DNA of 64,000 bases, from the NCBI GenBank assembly GCA_052144335.1, contig JBKQQP010000016.1:894-64893 (forward strand), in the 5' to 3' direction. A program made the position numbers and the translations under genes. This DNA is from Syntrophales bacterium. Its GTDB lineage: Bacteria > Desulfobacterota > Syntrophia > Syntrophales > UBA2185. Under the pieces are notes generated by a model, which was given only the letters and a program-made list of their open reading frames with translations, searched no databases and had not been told where the DNA came from. This document shows, one piece after another, positions 29,234-39,662 of the stretch (positions are counted from its first letter, which is position 1; the number at the start of each line of letters is the position of its first letter).

Positions 29234-30508
29234 ATGCCACTGAATGTGGATGCAATCGGCAAAAAGATAGGCCCCCTCACAAAAGAGTATACATGGAAAG
29301 ATGTTATTCTGTATGCCTTGGGTATAGGGGCCGGATTTCACGAGATCGACTACGCGTACGAAAAAAGACTCAAGGTGATTCCCACCTTCTCTATTGCCAT
29401 GATATTTGATTTCTTCCGCGAGGTGGCGGCTGCCTCCCATATCAATATTGCCGGCGTCCTCCACGTTGGACAGGATATTATATTTCACAACCCTATCCCG
29501 TCTTCAGGAACCATGATCACGGAAGGGATGATCACTAATTACTATGACAAAGGAACAAAAGGGGCACTGGTCGTAGCCCGAAGTGAGACATCTCACTCTG
29601 ACGCGAAAAAACTTTTCACCAGCATTATGACACTATTTGGCCGACTCGACGGAGGCTTTGGCGGCAAGAATGCACCGCATGAGATCCTGGAATTCCCGGA
29701 CAGAGATCCGGACTTCGTCGTAGAGGCGACGCCGTCGCCGGATCAACCGCTTTTATACAGACTCTCCGGTGACACATTCGGGCTTCACGTAGATACTGAA
29801 TTCGCAAAGATGGTCGGTTTCGAAAAGCCGATCATGCACGGGCTTTGCACATATGGTTTCGCATGTCGCGCCCTGATGAAGAGCCTCACGCCCAGCAAAC
29901 CGGAACATGTCAGGCGTCTTGCCTGCCGTTTCTTGCAGGCCCTCTATCCCGGTGAACCCATCAAGACTTTGGTCTGGAGATCCAGAGATGGAGAGGCAGT
30001 CTGGCGGACGATACATGCCATAACCGGAGATGTCGTAATCGACAGAGGTATATTTGAATATGGTGAAGTCCCCTCGGCAGAAGAGGGAATGGGGGGACAC
30101 GAGCGTATGACTTATTCAACGGGGGATAATCTCCCAACCTCCGGAACAAAGGAGGACAGACCGGCCGTAGGTGCCGAGACAGGAGGAAATTCGATGGTAA
30201 AAGCTATTTTTGAAAAGATGCCCAGTGTCTTCAATGCCGATGCGGCGCAGGGCGTGGATGTTGTGTTCCAGTTCAGTATATCGGGGGAAGGGGGCGGCGA
30301 CTGGTATGCAGAGGTTAAAGGAGGGGCTTGTAAGGTGGAAGCCGGCGTGCATCCAAGTCCCACCTCCACCATAAAGATGGATGCGGCAGATTTTGTCGAC
30401 ATGATAAACGGGAAATTGCCCGCTATGCAGGCCTTCACATCCGGCAAGCTCAAAATCGGCGGAGATATTATGAAGTCGCAGCTCATTATGAGGCTGTTCA
30501 AATTTTAG
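29234..30508 (+). CDS. MaoC-like (R)-enoyl-CoA hydratase 2 (double hot-dog) fused to an SCP2 sterol-carrier domain
   Basis: YALGIGA, YRLSGD..LH.D...AK..GF.KPIMHGLCT; C-terminal FQF.I.GEGGG.W...AFTSGKLKIGGD. Confidence 0.88.
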   Translation: MPLNVDAIGKKIGPLTKEYTWKDVILYALGIGAGFHEIDYAYEKRLKVIPTFSIAMIFDFFREVAAASHINIAGVLHVGQDIIFHNPIPSSGTMITEGMITNYYDKGTKGALVVARSETSHSDAKKLFTSIMTLFGRLDGGFGGKNAPHEILEFPDRDPDFVVEATPSPDQPLLYRLSGDTFGLHVDTEFAKMVGFEKPIMHGLCTYGFACRALMKSLTPSKPEHVRRLACRFLQALYPGEPIKTLVWRSRDGEAVWRTIHAITGDVVIDRGIFEYGEVPSAEEGMGGHERMTYSTGDNLPTSGTKEDRPAVGAETGGNSMVKAIFEKMPSVFNADAAQGVDVVFQFSISGEGGGDWYAEVKGGACKVEAGVHPSPTSTIKMDAADFVDMINGKLPAMQAFTSGKLKIGGDIMKSQLIMRLFKF

Positions 30509-30663
30509 GGGGATAAGCAACCCCTATGCGGATGATTAGTTCATTGCCCGGGAGGTCAATGACTCCCGGCGATGCCCGAAAACGATCTGCAATCCTCTGG
30601 CCGGGACAGCCTGCAGCTAAACGACCTGAAATGAAAGATTGACCCAGATGTGGAGATATTCCT

Positions 30664-30685
30664 GCAGGAGAATTTGTTCTCCTGC
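30664..30685. other. perfect 9-bp hairpin in the intergenic region (a second hairpin lies at 30548-30569)
   Basis: GCAGGAGAA-TTTG-TTCTCCTGC; no U-tract. Confidence 0.5.
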
Positions 30686-30785
30686 GATAGCCGAAAAATG
30701 TGACCACTGATATGTGGTAGGACGTCAAGGCCTGATTGGCTGACAGATTAAAATACAAAGAGTTAATCCTGTGAGGTAAAAAAAG

Positions 30786-31967
30786 ATGCCTGGTCCCCTT
30801 TCCAATTTGAAGATTTTAGATTTTACAACACTTCTTCCCGGTCCATACGCTACAATGGCTCTGGCAGATATGGGAGCCGATGTCTTAAAGATTGTTTCCG
30901 GGTCACGGCCTGACGTAGTCGCCTACATTCCGCCTTTCGTTCCCGGTACCAAAATGTCTGCTGCCTTTGCCTATCTCGGAAGGGGCAAACGCTGTATGAC
31001 GCTGAATCTAAAGGACAGCCGGGCCATAAAAATCATACATCAGTTAGTTGCAGACTATGATATCCTGATCGAGCAGTTTCGTCCCGGAGTCATGGCAAAG
31101 TTCTCTTTGGACTACCAGAGCCTGAAGAAAGTGAAACCCTCCCTCATCTACTGTTCGTTGACCGGCTACGGGCAGACGGGGCCTCTTCGCGACAGGGCGG
31201 GTCACGACATCAACTATCTGTCCCGCTCAGGTCTCATGTCCTACTCCGGGAAAAGAGATGCGGGGCCCAGTCTTGTAGGAATGCAGATTGCCGACGTCGC
31301 ATCGGGTTCCAACAATGCAGTTATCGGAATCCTTGCCGCAGTCGTTCACCGCGACAGAACGGGCGATGGTCAGCACATCGATGTTTCGATGACGGACGGG
31401 ATGATAGCTTTCAATGCCATGTTCGGAGCAGGTTTTCTGGTGGATGGCCAGGACCTCGCACGCGAAAGTACGCTCCTCAACGGCGGCTCTCTCTATGACT
31501 TCTATGAGACCAAGGACGGACAATATATGAGTTTCGGAGGTCTTGAACCTCAATTCTTTGCTGCATTTTGTGAAACCATCAATATGCCGGAACTGATCCC
31601 CGGTGGCGTCCAACCGAAGGACGGGGTGAACATCAAGAAGCGTGTCCGGGAAATATTCAAGACTAAAACAAGGGATGAGTGGACGGAGCTCTTCAAGAAA
31701 GTCGACGCCTGTTGCGAACCCGTCCTTTCCCTCACGGAAGCTTTAGACGATCCTCATGCTATAGAACGGGGCATGGTGGTTGAAGTTGATCTTTTTGATG
31801 GAAAAAAGGTGAAGCAACTCGCGGGTCCCATAAAGTTCTCCGAGACAATCCCGGAATACAAGACCGCTGGCACGCCTCCCGGTCTGCATACAAAAGAGGT
31901 TCTCCTGAAGCTGGGCTATGGACAAGAAGAGATCGAAGCATTCGAAAAAACAGGTCTATTCAGTTGA
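30786..31967 (+). CDS. CaiB/BaiF family III CoA-transferase / alpha-methylacyl-CoA racemase-like protein
   Basis: LLPGPYATM.LAD.GA, FRPGVM, YCSLTGYGQTGP, GHDINY, IADVASG. Confidence 0.92.
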   Translation: MPGPLSNLKILDFTTLLPGPYATMALADMGADVLKIVSGSRPDVVAYIPPFVPGTKMSAAFAYLGRGKRCMTLNLKDSRAIKIIHQLVADYDILIEQFRPGVMAKFSLDYQSLKKVKPSLIYCSLTGYGQTGPLRDRAGHDINYLSRSGLMSYSGKRDAGPSLVGMQIADVASGSNNAVIGILAAVVHRDRTGDGQHIDVSMTDGMIAFNAMFGAGFLVDGQDLARESTLLNGGSLYDFYETKDGQYMSFGGLEPQFFAAFCETINMPELIPGGVQPKDGVNIKKRVREIFKTKTRDEWTELFKKVDACCEPVLSLTEALDDPHAIERGMVVEVDLFDGKKVKQLAGPIKFSETIPEYKTAGTPPGLHTKEVLLKLGYGQEEIEAFEKTGLFS

Positions 31968-32311
31968 CATTTGTCATCCTTGTGTAAGTACTATCTGATG
32001 CAAGCGGATACGCATGGCCACTTCAGGATTATGTTCAATGTGGGCATGAACATGATGGCAATGGCCTTAAATACTTTCGGTTAGTTATCTCGCTCGTGTC
32101 TGATTCAAATTAGTTTGAACGCCCGTAAATGGCATGCGGCGCAACCAAAATATTTGACAGTGTCAACAATTTACTCGTATAGACTCCTTATACAAGGCAG
32201 AGACTATTTCGCCCGATTTCACCGTAACGGGACTGCTCTTACACATCATTCTCAATGATTATCAAATAAAACCGTACCTTAGTGCACATTGACTTTCTGT
32301 CAATTTTTTTA

Positions 32312-32341
32312 TTGACATAGAACCCTCTTTATGCTTATAGT
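32312..32341 (+). promoter_or_regulatory. sigma70-type promoter of the hydrogenase operon
   Basis: TTGACA-N18-TATAGT, preceded by the palindrome ATTGAC-N5-GTCAAT (32288-32304). Confidence 0.6.
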
Positions 32342-32448
32342 CCCGCCAACTCAAAAAGCCCCCTAAGTAAGAAATGGGGCCATGTCAGATAGATAGTTTC
32401 TAAGTTCCAAAAAAATTTGATTTATTTAGAAAGGAGGCGTGGCAAACG

Positions 32449-34230
32449 ATGACGATGGTCAATATTAACATAAATGGCCAGAAAGTCAGTGCACCAGCCG
32501 GCAGTACAATTCTTAAGGCGGCAAAGCAGGCAGGCATTGACATACCGACGCTCTGCGACCATCCTGCATTGATTCCAGTCGGTGCTTGCCGAATATGCGT
32601 TGTAGAGGTTAAAGGACAACGCACCTTGGTCACGGCATGTACTTTCCCCATATCTGAGGGAATGGAAATACAAACAGAATCACCACAGGTTGTAAAAGCG
32701 CGAAAATTAGTCCTTGATCTGCTATTTTCAGAAAGAAACCATGTCTGCCCGATCTGTGAGGCCTCGGGAAACTGCGAATTGCAGGACATGGGGTATCGCT
32801 ATGGTCTTAATCACTGGGCTTACCCAACCTTCACAAAGCCCTTCCCCATAGATGCCACACACAAGTTCCTGTTCATGGAACATAACCGCTGTATACTGTG
32901 CGGAAGGTGTGAGCGCGGATGCAGTGACATCGTGGCCAACCACACCCTCGGTTTGCGAAATCGCGGTAATCAATCCATGATCCACTGCGACGCAAATATG
33001 CCATGGGGTGAGTCTACATGTATCTCTTGCGGTACTTGCTCGCAGTTGTGCCCAACCGGTGCCATATCCGATAAGCGAAGCGCCTTCATGGCCCGTAACG
33101 TCCAGACGGAAAACACAAAGAGTACTTGCAGCCAGTGCAGTATAGGATGCGGCATGGAAATTGTCAGCCGCAGCGGCAACGTTGTGAAGATTACTGGCGA
33201 CTGGGACGCAGAAGTGAGCGGTGGGAGGCTTTGCGAATACGGCCGCTTCGATCCTCTTTACGATGTGCGTAAGCGCATAACCAGCCCGATGCTCCGGCTG
33301 AGAGGCAAACTCGAACCGGTGAGTTGGGATGAAGCCCTGCAAGCCGTCACCGAGCGTATCGGTAAAGCAAGTGCCAAGGACTTAGGGGTGCTTGCTTCGA
33401 CATACTCTACAAATGAGGCCCTTTATCTGCTTGCCAAGTTATTCCGTGGGGAACTGAAAGCAACCAATGTTGGCGTTCTCAACGACGTTGCACCGAAACT
33501 GTCCGACAAGCAAGGCTCGCTTGCTGACATCACCATAAGCGACGTCATTCTGGTTGTCGGTTGTGATCCGCTTAAGGATCAGCCGGTTTCCTCTTTCTTT
33601 GTCAAGCGTTCCGTTGACAAGGGTGCACGGCTCATCGTGGTGGACGGTAAAGATAACGGCCTGGCACCATTCGCCTATATGAATCTGGAGATGGCTGACA
33701 TTAGCAAGGCTATTGAAATCGCGGAGCGTGCCACACATCCGGTCGTGCTGTATGGATCGGGCGTCACGGACAAGGCTGTCACATCTCTGAAAAAACTCCA
33801 GGGGAAGGCTTCCTTCGTGGCAATAGAGAATGGCGTCAATACGCGGGCCGCAGCGGCTTTAGGCCTTAATAATGGATTCAAGCCGTCTGGCGTCAAAGTG
33901 CTCTTCACGTTAATCGGTGAGCAGAAGATGGGCGAGGAGGATGTATCCAAGAATGTTGACAAGAAGGCTTTTGTCATAGCGCAGGCTAGCTTTGTATCTC
34001 CTCTGACCGAGCGGGCCGACGTGGTTCTGCCTATGGCCGTATGGTCTGAACGGTCTGGAAGCCTGACGAATACCGAGGGCCGCGTGCTGAAAGTCAATAA
34101 GGCAGTAGATCCTAAGGGAGAAGCCAAACCCGACTGGGAGGTTCTCTCTTTGCTGGCAAACAAACTGGGAAAGAAGCTTGGCACTTCGTTGAATGAGATT
34201 TCAGCTCGGGCGACCCAGGAAATCAAGTGA
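32449..34230 (+). CDS. HoxU/NuoG-like Fe-S subunit ([2Fe-2S], His-ligated [4Fe-4S], 2x[4Fe-4S], N7-type cluster, molybdopterin-oxidoreductase-like domain)
   Basis: IPTLC...GACRICVV...TAC; HVCPICEASGNC; CILCGRC; CISCGTCSQLCP; CSQCSIGC...LCEYGRF; ADVVLP...ERSGSLTNTEGR. Confidence 0.85.
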   Translation: MTMVNININGQKVSAPAGSTILKAAKQAGIDIPTLCDHPALIPVGACRICVVEVKGQRTLVTACTFPISEGMEIQTESPQVVKARKLVLDLLFSERNHVCPICEASGNCELQDMGYRYGLNHWAYPTFTKPFPIDATHKFLFMEHNRCILCGRCERGCSDIVANHTLGLRNRGNQSMIHCDANMPWGESTCISCGTCSQLCPTGAISDKRSAFMARNVQTENTKSTCSQCSIGCGMEIVSRSGNVVKITGDWDAEVSGGRLCEYGRFDPLYDVRKRITSPMLRLRGKLEPVSWDEALQAVTERIGKASAKDLGVLASTYSTNEALYLLAKLFRGELKATNVGVLNDVAPKLSDKQGSLADITISDVILVVGCDPLKDQPVSSFFVKRSVDKGARLIVVDGKDNGLAPFAYMNLEMADISKAIEIAERATHPVVLYGSGVTDKAVTSLKKLQGKASFVAIENGVNTRAAAALGLNNGFKPSGVKVLFTLIGEQKMGEEDVSKNVDKKAFVIAQASFVSPLTERADVVLPMAVWSERSGSLTNTEGRVLKVNKAVDPKGEAKPDWEVLSLLANKLGKKLGTSLNEISARATQEIK

Positions 34231-34244
34231 AAGGAGAATCGACA

Positions 34245-34790
34245 ATGGCAAAGGTTAAGATTGCCACTGACTGGCTGGCTGGCTGTGCAGGATGTCACAT
34301 GTCGATATTGGACATTGATGAACGCATTGTGAAGCTGTTAGAAGCGGTGGAAATTACATCCAGTCCTGTGACGGACCTTAAACATCCACCGAAAGAAGGT
34401 GTGACTGTTGGTATACTTGAAGGGGCCATCTGCAATACACACAATATTGAAGTAGCGAAGGTCATGCGCGAACGCTGCCAGATTCTGATAGCCCTAGGGG
34501 ATTGTGCTACTTTTGGAAATGTCCCCGCTATGCGCAATTTGTGCGGCACTGATGAGGCCTTGAAACGCGCGTATCTGGATACGGAAAGCGTCGTGGACGG
34601 ACTCATCCCCGACTCCCCGGAGCTTGGGAAGCCGCTGGACATGGTTACAGGCGTCGATAAGGTGGTGAAGGTCGATCTCTTTATACCTGGCTGTCCTCCG
34701 AGCGCGGATGCTATCTTCCATGCATTATCGGAACTGCTCGCCGGACACGTGCCAGTAAGTTTCCCACCCCCATTATTCAAATATGATTAG
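34245..34790 (+). CDS. hoxY: [NiFe]-hydrogenase small subunit (group 3d, HoxY-like)
   Basis: WLAGCAGCHMS, GDCA, PGCPP; short single-cluster form without a Tat signal. Confidence 0.88.
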   Translation: MAKVKIATDWLAGCAGCHMSILDIDERIVKLLEAVEITSSPVTDLKHPPKEGVTVGILEGAICNTHNIEVAKVMRERCQILIALGDCATFGNVPAMRNLCGTDEALKRAYLDTESVVDGLIPDSPELGKPLDMVTGVDKVVKVDLFIPGCPPSADAIFHALSELLAGHVPVSFPPPLFKYD

Positions 34791-34802
34791 AGGAGAATAG
34801 CT

Positions 34803-36233
34803 ATGGGTGCTAGAAAGATAACTATTGAACCTATAACACGCATAGAAGGTCATGGGCGGGTTACTATCCACCTAAATGAAAAAGGGGAGGTGGACCAGAC
34901 CTTCTTCCACGTTGATGAATTCCGCGGTTTGGAGAAATTCACCGAAGGCCGCCCATACTTTGAGATGCCGGCGATTACCCAGCGCATCTGCGGTATATGC
35001 CCGGTAAGCCACCACCTGGCTGCAGCCAAGGCCTGCGACGGTGTCGCCCGTGTGGAATTACCGCGGCCAGCCAAGCTGCTGCGCGAGTTGATGCATATGG
35101 GCCAATACATACAATCGCACGGCATGCACTTTTTCCACCTGGCGGCGCCGGATTTGGTTTTGGGTTTCGACGCTGATCCGGCCATAAGGAATGTCGTCGG
35201 GATTATCCAGGCGGATCCGGAGCTGGCGCTGAAGGCAGTGAATCTGCGCCGTTACGGGCAGCAGGTCATTGAGAGATTGGGTGGGAAACGTATCCATCCT
35301 ACTTTTGCTGTCCCCGGTGGCGTTAATGCGCCGCTGTCCCCAAAAGACCGCGACGCAATGCTCGCCGAATTCGACACGATGGTGGGAATCGCCAAGGTGG
35401 CCGTCAGCATCGGCAAGGGCTGGATCGGGGCCAATAAGCCGCTGGTTGACGCCTTCGCGTCCTTCCCTTCCAACTACATGGGTCTCGTGGATATGGAAGG
35501 CGGCCTGCAACTTTATGATGGTGAGATCCGGGTGAAGGATGCGCAGGGCAACTTTGTAGCGCAGTTCGAGCCGGCTAATTACCTGTCACATGTGGGAGAG
35601 CATGTGGAGCCCTGGTCATTCCTTAAGTTCCCCTTCTACCGCAAGTTAGGCTGGCCGGGCGGAACCTATCGTTGCGGCCCGCTGGGCAGGCTGAATGTTG
35701 TGGACAAGATAGGCACGCCTCTGGCCAACGAAGAGCTTAAACTCTTCAAGCAGATAAACGGCGGTAAGCCTGTCGAAGGCTCTCTGTATTATCATTACGC
35801 GAGATTGATCGAACTTGTCTACGCGCTGGAGCGCCTGGCTCAGTTGCTCGATGACCCGGATATCATGTCCAATGATATCTGTGCCTATCCGTCTGGAGCC
35901 CAGATCCCCGGCCAGGGAGTTGGTGTCATCGAAGCCCCGCGAGGGACCCTCTTCCATGATTACAGCACAGATGAGAACGGCAAATTGACCCGGGTGAACC
36001 TGATTGTAGCCACAGGTAACAATAACTGGGCCATGCACACAGCCTCGGGGCTAGTTGCAAGGGCTTTTGTAGATGGCAATAAGCTCACAGAGGGGATGTT
36101 GAACCGGGTGGAAGCGGCTATACGCTGCTACGATCCTTGCCTGTCGTGCGCGACCCATGCATTTGGGAAAATGCCGTTGGAGATCACTCTGATAGCGGCG
36201 GACGGCACGGTCCTGGACCGTATGTCCCGGTAG
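34803..36233 (+). CDS. hoxH: [NiFe]-hydrogenase large subunit (group 3d, HoxH-like)
   Basis: TRIEGH, L1 RICGICPVSHH, EAPRG, L2 DPCLSCATH plus a cleavable C-terminal extension. Confidence 0.92.
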   Translation: MGARKITIEPITRIEGHGRVTIHLNEKGEVDQTFFHVDEFRGLEKFTEGRPYFEMPAITQRICGICPVSHHLAAAKACDGVARVELPRPAKLLRELMHMGQYIQSHGMHFFHLAAPDLVLGFDADPAIRNVVGIIQADPELALKAVNLRRYGQQVIERLGGKRIHPTFAVPGGVNAPLSPKDRDAMLAEFDTMVGIAKVAVSIGKGWIGANKPLVDAFASFPSNYMGLVDMEGGLQLYDGEIRVKDAQGNFVAQFEPANYLSHVGEHVEPWSFLKFPFYRKLGWPGGTYRCGPLGRLNVVDKIGTPLANEELKLFKQINGGKPVEGSLYYHYARLIELVYALERLAQLLDDPDIMSNDICAYPSGAQIPGQGVGVIEAPRGTLFHDYSTDENGKLTRVNLIVATGNNNWAMHTASGLVARAFVDGNKLTEGMLNRVEAAIRCYDPCLSCATHAFGKMPLEITLIAADGTVLDRMSR

Positions 36234-36264
36234 TATAATAATTCGGTTTCGATAAATTTAACGC

Positions 36265-36305
36265 AAGCGGGTAAACGCAGGTAGTTTACCCGCTTTAACT
36301 TTTTT
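36265..36305 (+). terminator. hairpin/terminator between hoxH and the maturation protease
   Basis: AAGCGGGTAAAC-7nt-GTTTACCCGCTT followed by TAACTTTTTT. Confidence 0.7.
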
Positions 36306-36322
36306 GGCTTGTTTGGAACCTG

Positions 36323-36838
36323 ATGCCTCGTACTCTGGTTATTGGCTTTGGCAATATAGACCGCGCTGATGATGGCGTTGCGTACCATGTGATCAGTACC
36401 CTCAGGCGGCGTTTAGGTCAAGTGATGCTGCACGAAGACGAGACCGGGTTAGAGGGCCTGGGCGCACATATAGATTCCATATTTTTGGTGCAACTTGCAC
36501 CTGAATTAATAGATGTATTAATCTCTTACGACAGGATCATCTTTGTGGATGCGCACGTTTATGAGAACGTGGATAGTCTGTATTATGCCCCCGTATTGCC
36601 GGAGTTCACCACCGCCACATTCACCCACCATCTGACGCCAGCCATGCTTCTGGCGCTGCTTAAGTCACTCCATCATCGAGAACCCGCGGGGCACATCGTT
36701 TCTATCCGCGGCCATGACTTTGATTTCCATCGCAATCTTTCTACCGATACCGAAGCCCTCGTGGAAAAAGCAGTAGACCACATCCTGCTATTGCATGGTT
36801 CCACATGCAATGAATCTCACCCGCAATTGAATTCATAA
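36323..36838 (+). CDS. hydrogenase maturation protease (HoxW-like)
   Basis: VIGFGN.DRADDGVA, IFVDA, THH. Confidence 0.88.
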   Translation: MPRTLVIGFGNIDRADDGVAYHVISTLRRRLGQVMLHEDETGLEGLGAHIDSIFLVQLAPELIDVLISYDRIIFVDAHVYENVDSLYYAPVLPEFTTATFTHHLTPAMLLALLKSLHHREPAGHIVSIRGHDFDFHRNLSTDTEALVEKAVDHILLLHGSTCNESHPQLNS

Positions 36839-37025
36839 TCCCCCATACCGACACATCCTCTCCAAGCCCCGAAACACCTGCAGGGCGCTCTCTCTTTCGA
36901 AACCATCTTTGATGGATTTTTTAGAATTACTATGTTAATTTGAAAAAACAAGTTTGGGAACACATCTCAGAGGGGGTCGTCATAATAGTTTATTCATAAT
37001 AGCACTTCTTAAGGGCCGCCATTCA

Positions 37026-37892
37026 ATGAATATAAAAAAAATTTCCTTGTGCCTGTGTCTGCCTCTTGCAGCGTTTTTTTTCTTTTTTGACGGAGAACTT
37101 TCGGCGGCATCCCGCATTAAACTGAAAGCCAAGTCTGCTATTCTGATTAACGACAATAGCGGCACGATCCTATACGCAAAAAATCCGGACAGGCCAATGC
37201 AGCCCGCTTCCCTCACCAAGATACTGTCCCTGTATCTTGTAAACGAGGCAATCATAGAAGGAAGGATTCATCCTGCTGACAAGGTGAAAATAAGTGCGAA
37301 TGCCCAGATTACCGGGGGATCGAGCATGTACCTAGTAGATGAAACCGAGGTTTCGCTCGATGACCTCATAAAGGGTATGGCGGTTGTCTCTGCAAATGAT
37401 GCAAGCGTTGCCGTTGCGGAACATCTCGGCGGGAGCATAAATAATTTTGTCAGAATGATGAACGCCAAGGCAAAGGCCCTCAATATGAAACGCAGTCATT
37501 TTGTGAATCCCAATGGGCTTCCGGCGAAGGGGCAGGTCACTACCGCCCGGGATATCCTCAAACTCTCCCGCGCTTATATTAGGGATTTTCCGCAGGCCTT
37601 ACAAATCCATTCCATGCAGGAATATACATTCGCCAACATTACCCAGCGCAACAGCAACACTCTGCTTACGCAGTGTGGGGATGTGGATGGACTGAAAACG
37701 GGTTTTGTCCGGGCTGCCGGATTTCACCTCGTTGCAACAGCAAAGAGGGGAGAGACGAGGCTCATAGCTGTCGTCATGGGCGAGAAAAATCCCAGAATCA
37801 GAACACAGGACACGACAAGACTCTTGGAACAGGGTTTCCGTATGGTTGCCGGGAAAGGAAAGACCTCCTTATCGATGAAGAGCCGCTCGTAG
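37026..37892 (+). CDS. D-alanyl-D-alanine carboxypeptidase (peptidase S11, PBP5/6-like)
   Basis: Signal peptide; SLTK, SAN, KTG motifs. Confidence 0.92.
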   Translation: MNIKKISLCLCLPLAAFFFFFDGELSAASRIKLKAKSAILINDNSGTILYAKNPDRPMQPASLTKILSLYLVNEAIIEGRIHPADKVKISANAQITGGSSMYLVDETEVSLDDLIKGMAVVSANDASVAVAEHLGGSINNFVRMMNAKAKALNMKRSHFVNPNGLPAKGQVTTARDILKLSRAYIRDFPQALQIHSMQEYTFANITQRNSNTLLTQCGDVDGLKTGFVRAAGFHLVATAKRGETRLIAVVMGEKNPRIRTQDTTRLLEQGFRMVAGKGKTSLSMKSRS

Positions 37893-38070
37893 TGTTATCG
37901 TTGCCTCAATCAGCAAGCCCCTTATTGAGAAATCACCGGCAGACAATTTTCAAGTGATCCATTGATTTCATTTGACGCACTCCCTTCAATTAGGTTACAT
38001 TTATTTGAGAAAATATCGTCGCTTGAGAAATCATTACCATGTATTTTCTACGATGTAAGGAGGTGGAAAT

Positions 38071-38634
38071 ATGAGAAAAAAGGAGACGGACTACTTCTCT
38101 GCCTTATACGAAGTGGCCAGGGTTATCAATGCCTCATTGGACCCATCCACTGTTCTGGAAAAGATTGTCAAGAGCGTGACACATGTTATGCACGTCAAGG
38201 CCTGCGGCATCAGACTTCTGGATTCACGAAAGAGACAGTTGGTCATTGGCGCTGCCTACGGCCTTTCCAAAGATTACCTTCATAAGGGACCTATCCTGGT
38301 GGAGGAAAGCGGGCTGGACCAGAGAGTCCTGGCAGGTAAGACCGTGTGGTTGAGGAATGTCCAAACCGATAAGAATTTCCAGTACGGAGCAAAGGCAAAA
38401 GCAGAAGGCATTAAATCGGTGTTTGCCGTTCCTTTGTTGCTCCAAAAAAATGCCATCGGTGTCCTCAGGGTATACTCAGAAAATATTTACAAATTTGATG
38501 ATCAGGAGGTTAAGTATTTGGAGGCAGTTGCCAATCTAAGCGCTATCGCCCTGGACAATGCCCGACATCACAAGACATTGCAAGTTCAATGTGATCTGAT
38601 GGTTGCACACAAGTATCGCATTGACGATAATTGA
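38071..38634 (+). CDS. stand-alone GAF-domain protein
   Basis: GAF-like pattern ...EGIKS...VPL...IGVLRVY...F...E...L.AVA; RBS AAGGAGG. Confidence 0.85.
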   Translation: MRKKETDYFSALYEVARVINASLDPSTVLEKIVKSVTHVMHVKACGIRLLDSRKRQLVIGAAYGLSKDYLHKGPILVEESGLDQRVLAGKTVWLRNVQTDKNFQYGAKAKAEGIKSVFAVPLLLQKNAIGVLRVYSENIYKFDDQEVKYLEAVANLSAIALDNARHHKTLQVQCDLMVAHKYRIDDN

Positions 38635-38645
38635 GAGGAGAGCCC

Positions 38646-39656
38646 ATGATTCGCCTTGGCATAAATGGTTTTGGACGAATAGGCCGTCAGGTGCTGAAAG
38701 CCGTCATCGAAAGGTATCCCCGATCTCTCACCGTTGTGGCAATCAACGACCTCTTCGATGTGGAAACCAACGCCCATCTTTTCAAATATGATACAAATTA
38801 CGGACGCTATCCGGGAGAGGTCAAAGCCAAGAAGGACAGCTTCGTTATTGATGGTCATGTAATCAAGAGCCTAGCCTTTCGCGACCCATCATCCATTCCG
38901 TGGGATGATCTGGGTATCGACATAGTTATTGAGAGCACCGGCCTATTTTTGACTGGTCCCAAAGCATCGGTACACATCGACGCTGGAGCAAAAAAGGTCA
39001 TCATCACTGCCCCCGCAAAGCAAGAAGACATTACAGTGGTCATGGGCGTTAATCACAAGAACTATAAACCCGACAAACACCATATATTATCCAACGCTTC
39101 CTGTACGACCAACTGCCTGGCACCCCCCGTCCTTGCTGTCCACGAAGCCTTCGGCATCAAGAAAGGGATGATGACAACAGTTCACTCATATACCAATGAT
39201 CAGCGTATCCTCGATCTCGCTCACAGGGATCTGCGGCGGGCCCGTGCGGCAGGGCAGAATATCATACCAACCACGACAGGTGCGGCAAGGGCGTTGTCTC
39301 TGGTGATTCCCGATCTCGCGGGTTGCTTTGACGGATATTCACTGCGCGTACCCACACCTACAGTGTCGGTCGTCGATTTCGTTGCGGAACTCAAGAGGAG
39401 GACAACAACGGAAGATCTCAAGAACCTCCTCGAAGCCTCTTGCAGGAAACAGTTCAAGGGGATCATGACATGCGAGAAATCAGGTCTAGTCTCCACGGAT
39501 TTTAAGGGAAACCCCCACTCCTCCATAATAGATATGGAGTTCACACAGGTTCTTCGGGGAAACATGGCCAAAGTCGTTGCCTGGTACGACAATGAATGGG
39601 GTTATTCCTGCCGCGTGGCAGACCTCGCTAATTACATCGCGCGAAAAGGGCTGTGA
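38646..39656 (+). CDS. gap: type I glyceraldehyde-3-phosphate dehydrogenase
   Basis: [39 protein letters not shown]. Confidence 0.97.
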   Translation: MIRLGINGFGRIGRQVLKAVIERYPRSLTVVAINDLFDVETNAHLFKYDTNYGRYPGEVKAKKDSFVIDGHVIKSLAFRDPSSIPWDDLGIDIVIESTGLFLTGPKASVHIDAGAKKVIITAPAKQEDITVVMGVNHKNYKPDKHHILSNASCTTNCLAPPVLAVHEAFGIKKGMMTTVHSYTNDQRILDLAHRDLRRARAAGQNIIPTTTGAARALSLVIPDLAGCFDGYSLRVPTPTVSVVDFVAELKRRTTTEDLKNLLEASCRKQFKGIMTCEKSGLVSTDFKGNPHSSIIDMEFTQVLRGNMAKVVAWYDNEWGYSCRVADLANYIARKGL

Positions 39657-39662
39657 ACAAAT

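Noticed and set aside
30510-30720. Riboswitch between the MaoC-SCP2 and CaiB genes
   Set aside because: Two hairpins are present, but I recognise no known aptamer consensus and no U-tract expression platform.
32449-34230. Formate dehydrogenase alpha subunit
   Set aside because: Too short, and I find no Mo/W-ligating Cys/Sec-His motif, no in-frame TGA and no C-terminal molybdopterin dinucleotide-binding domain. Treated as a NuoG/HoxU-like electron-transfer subunit.
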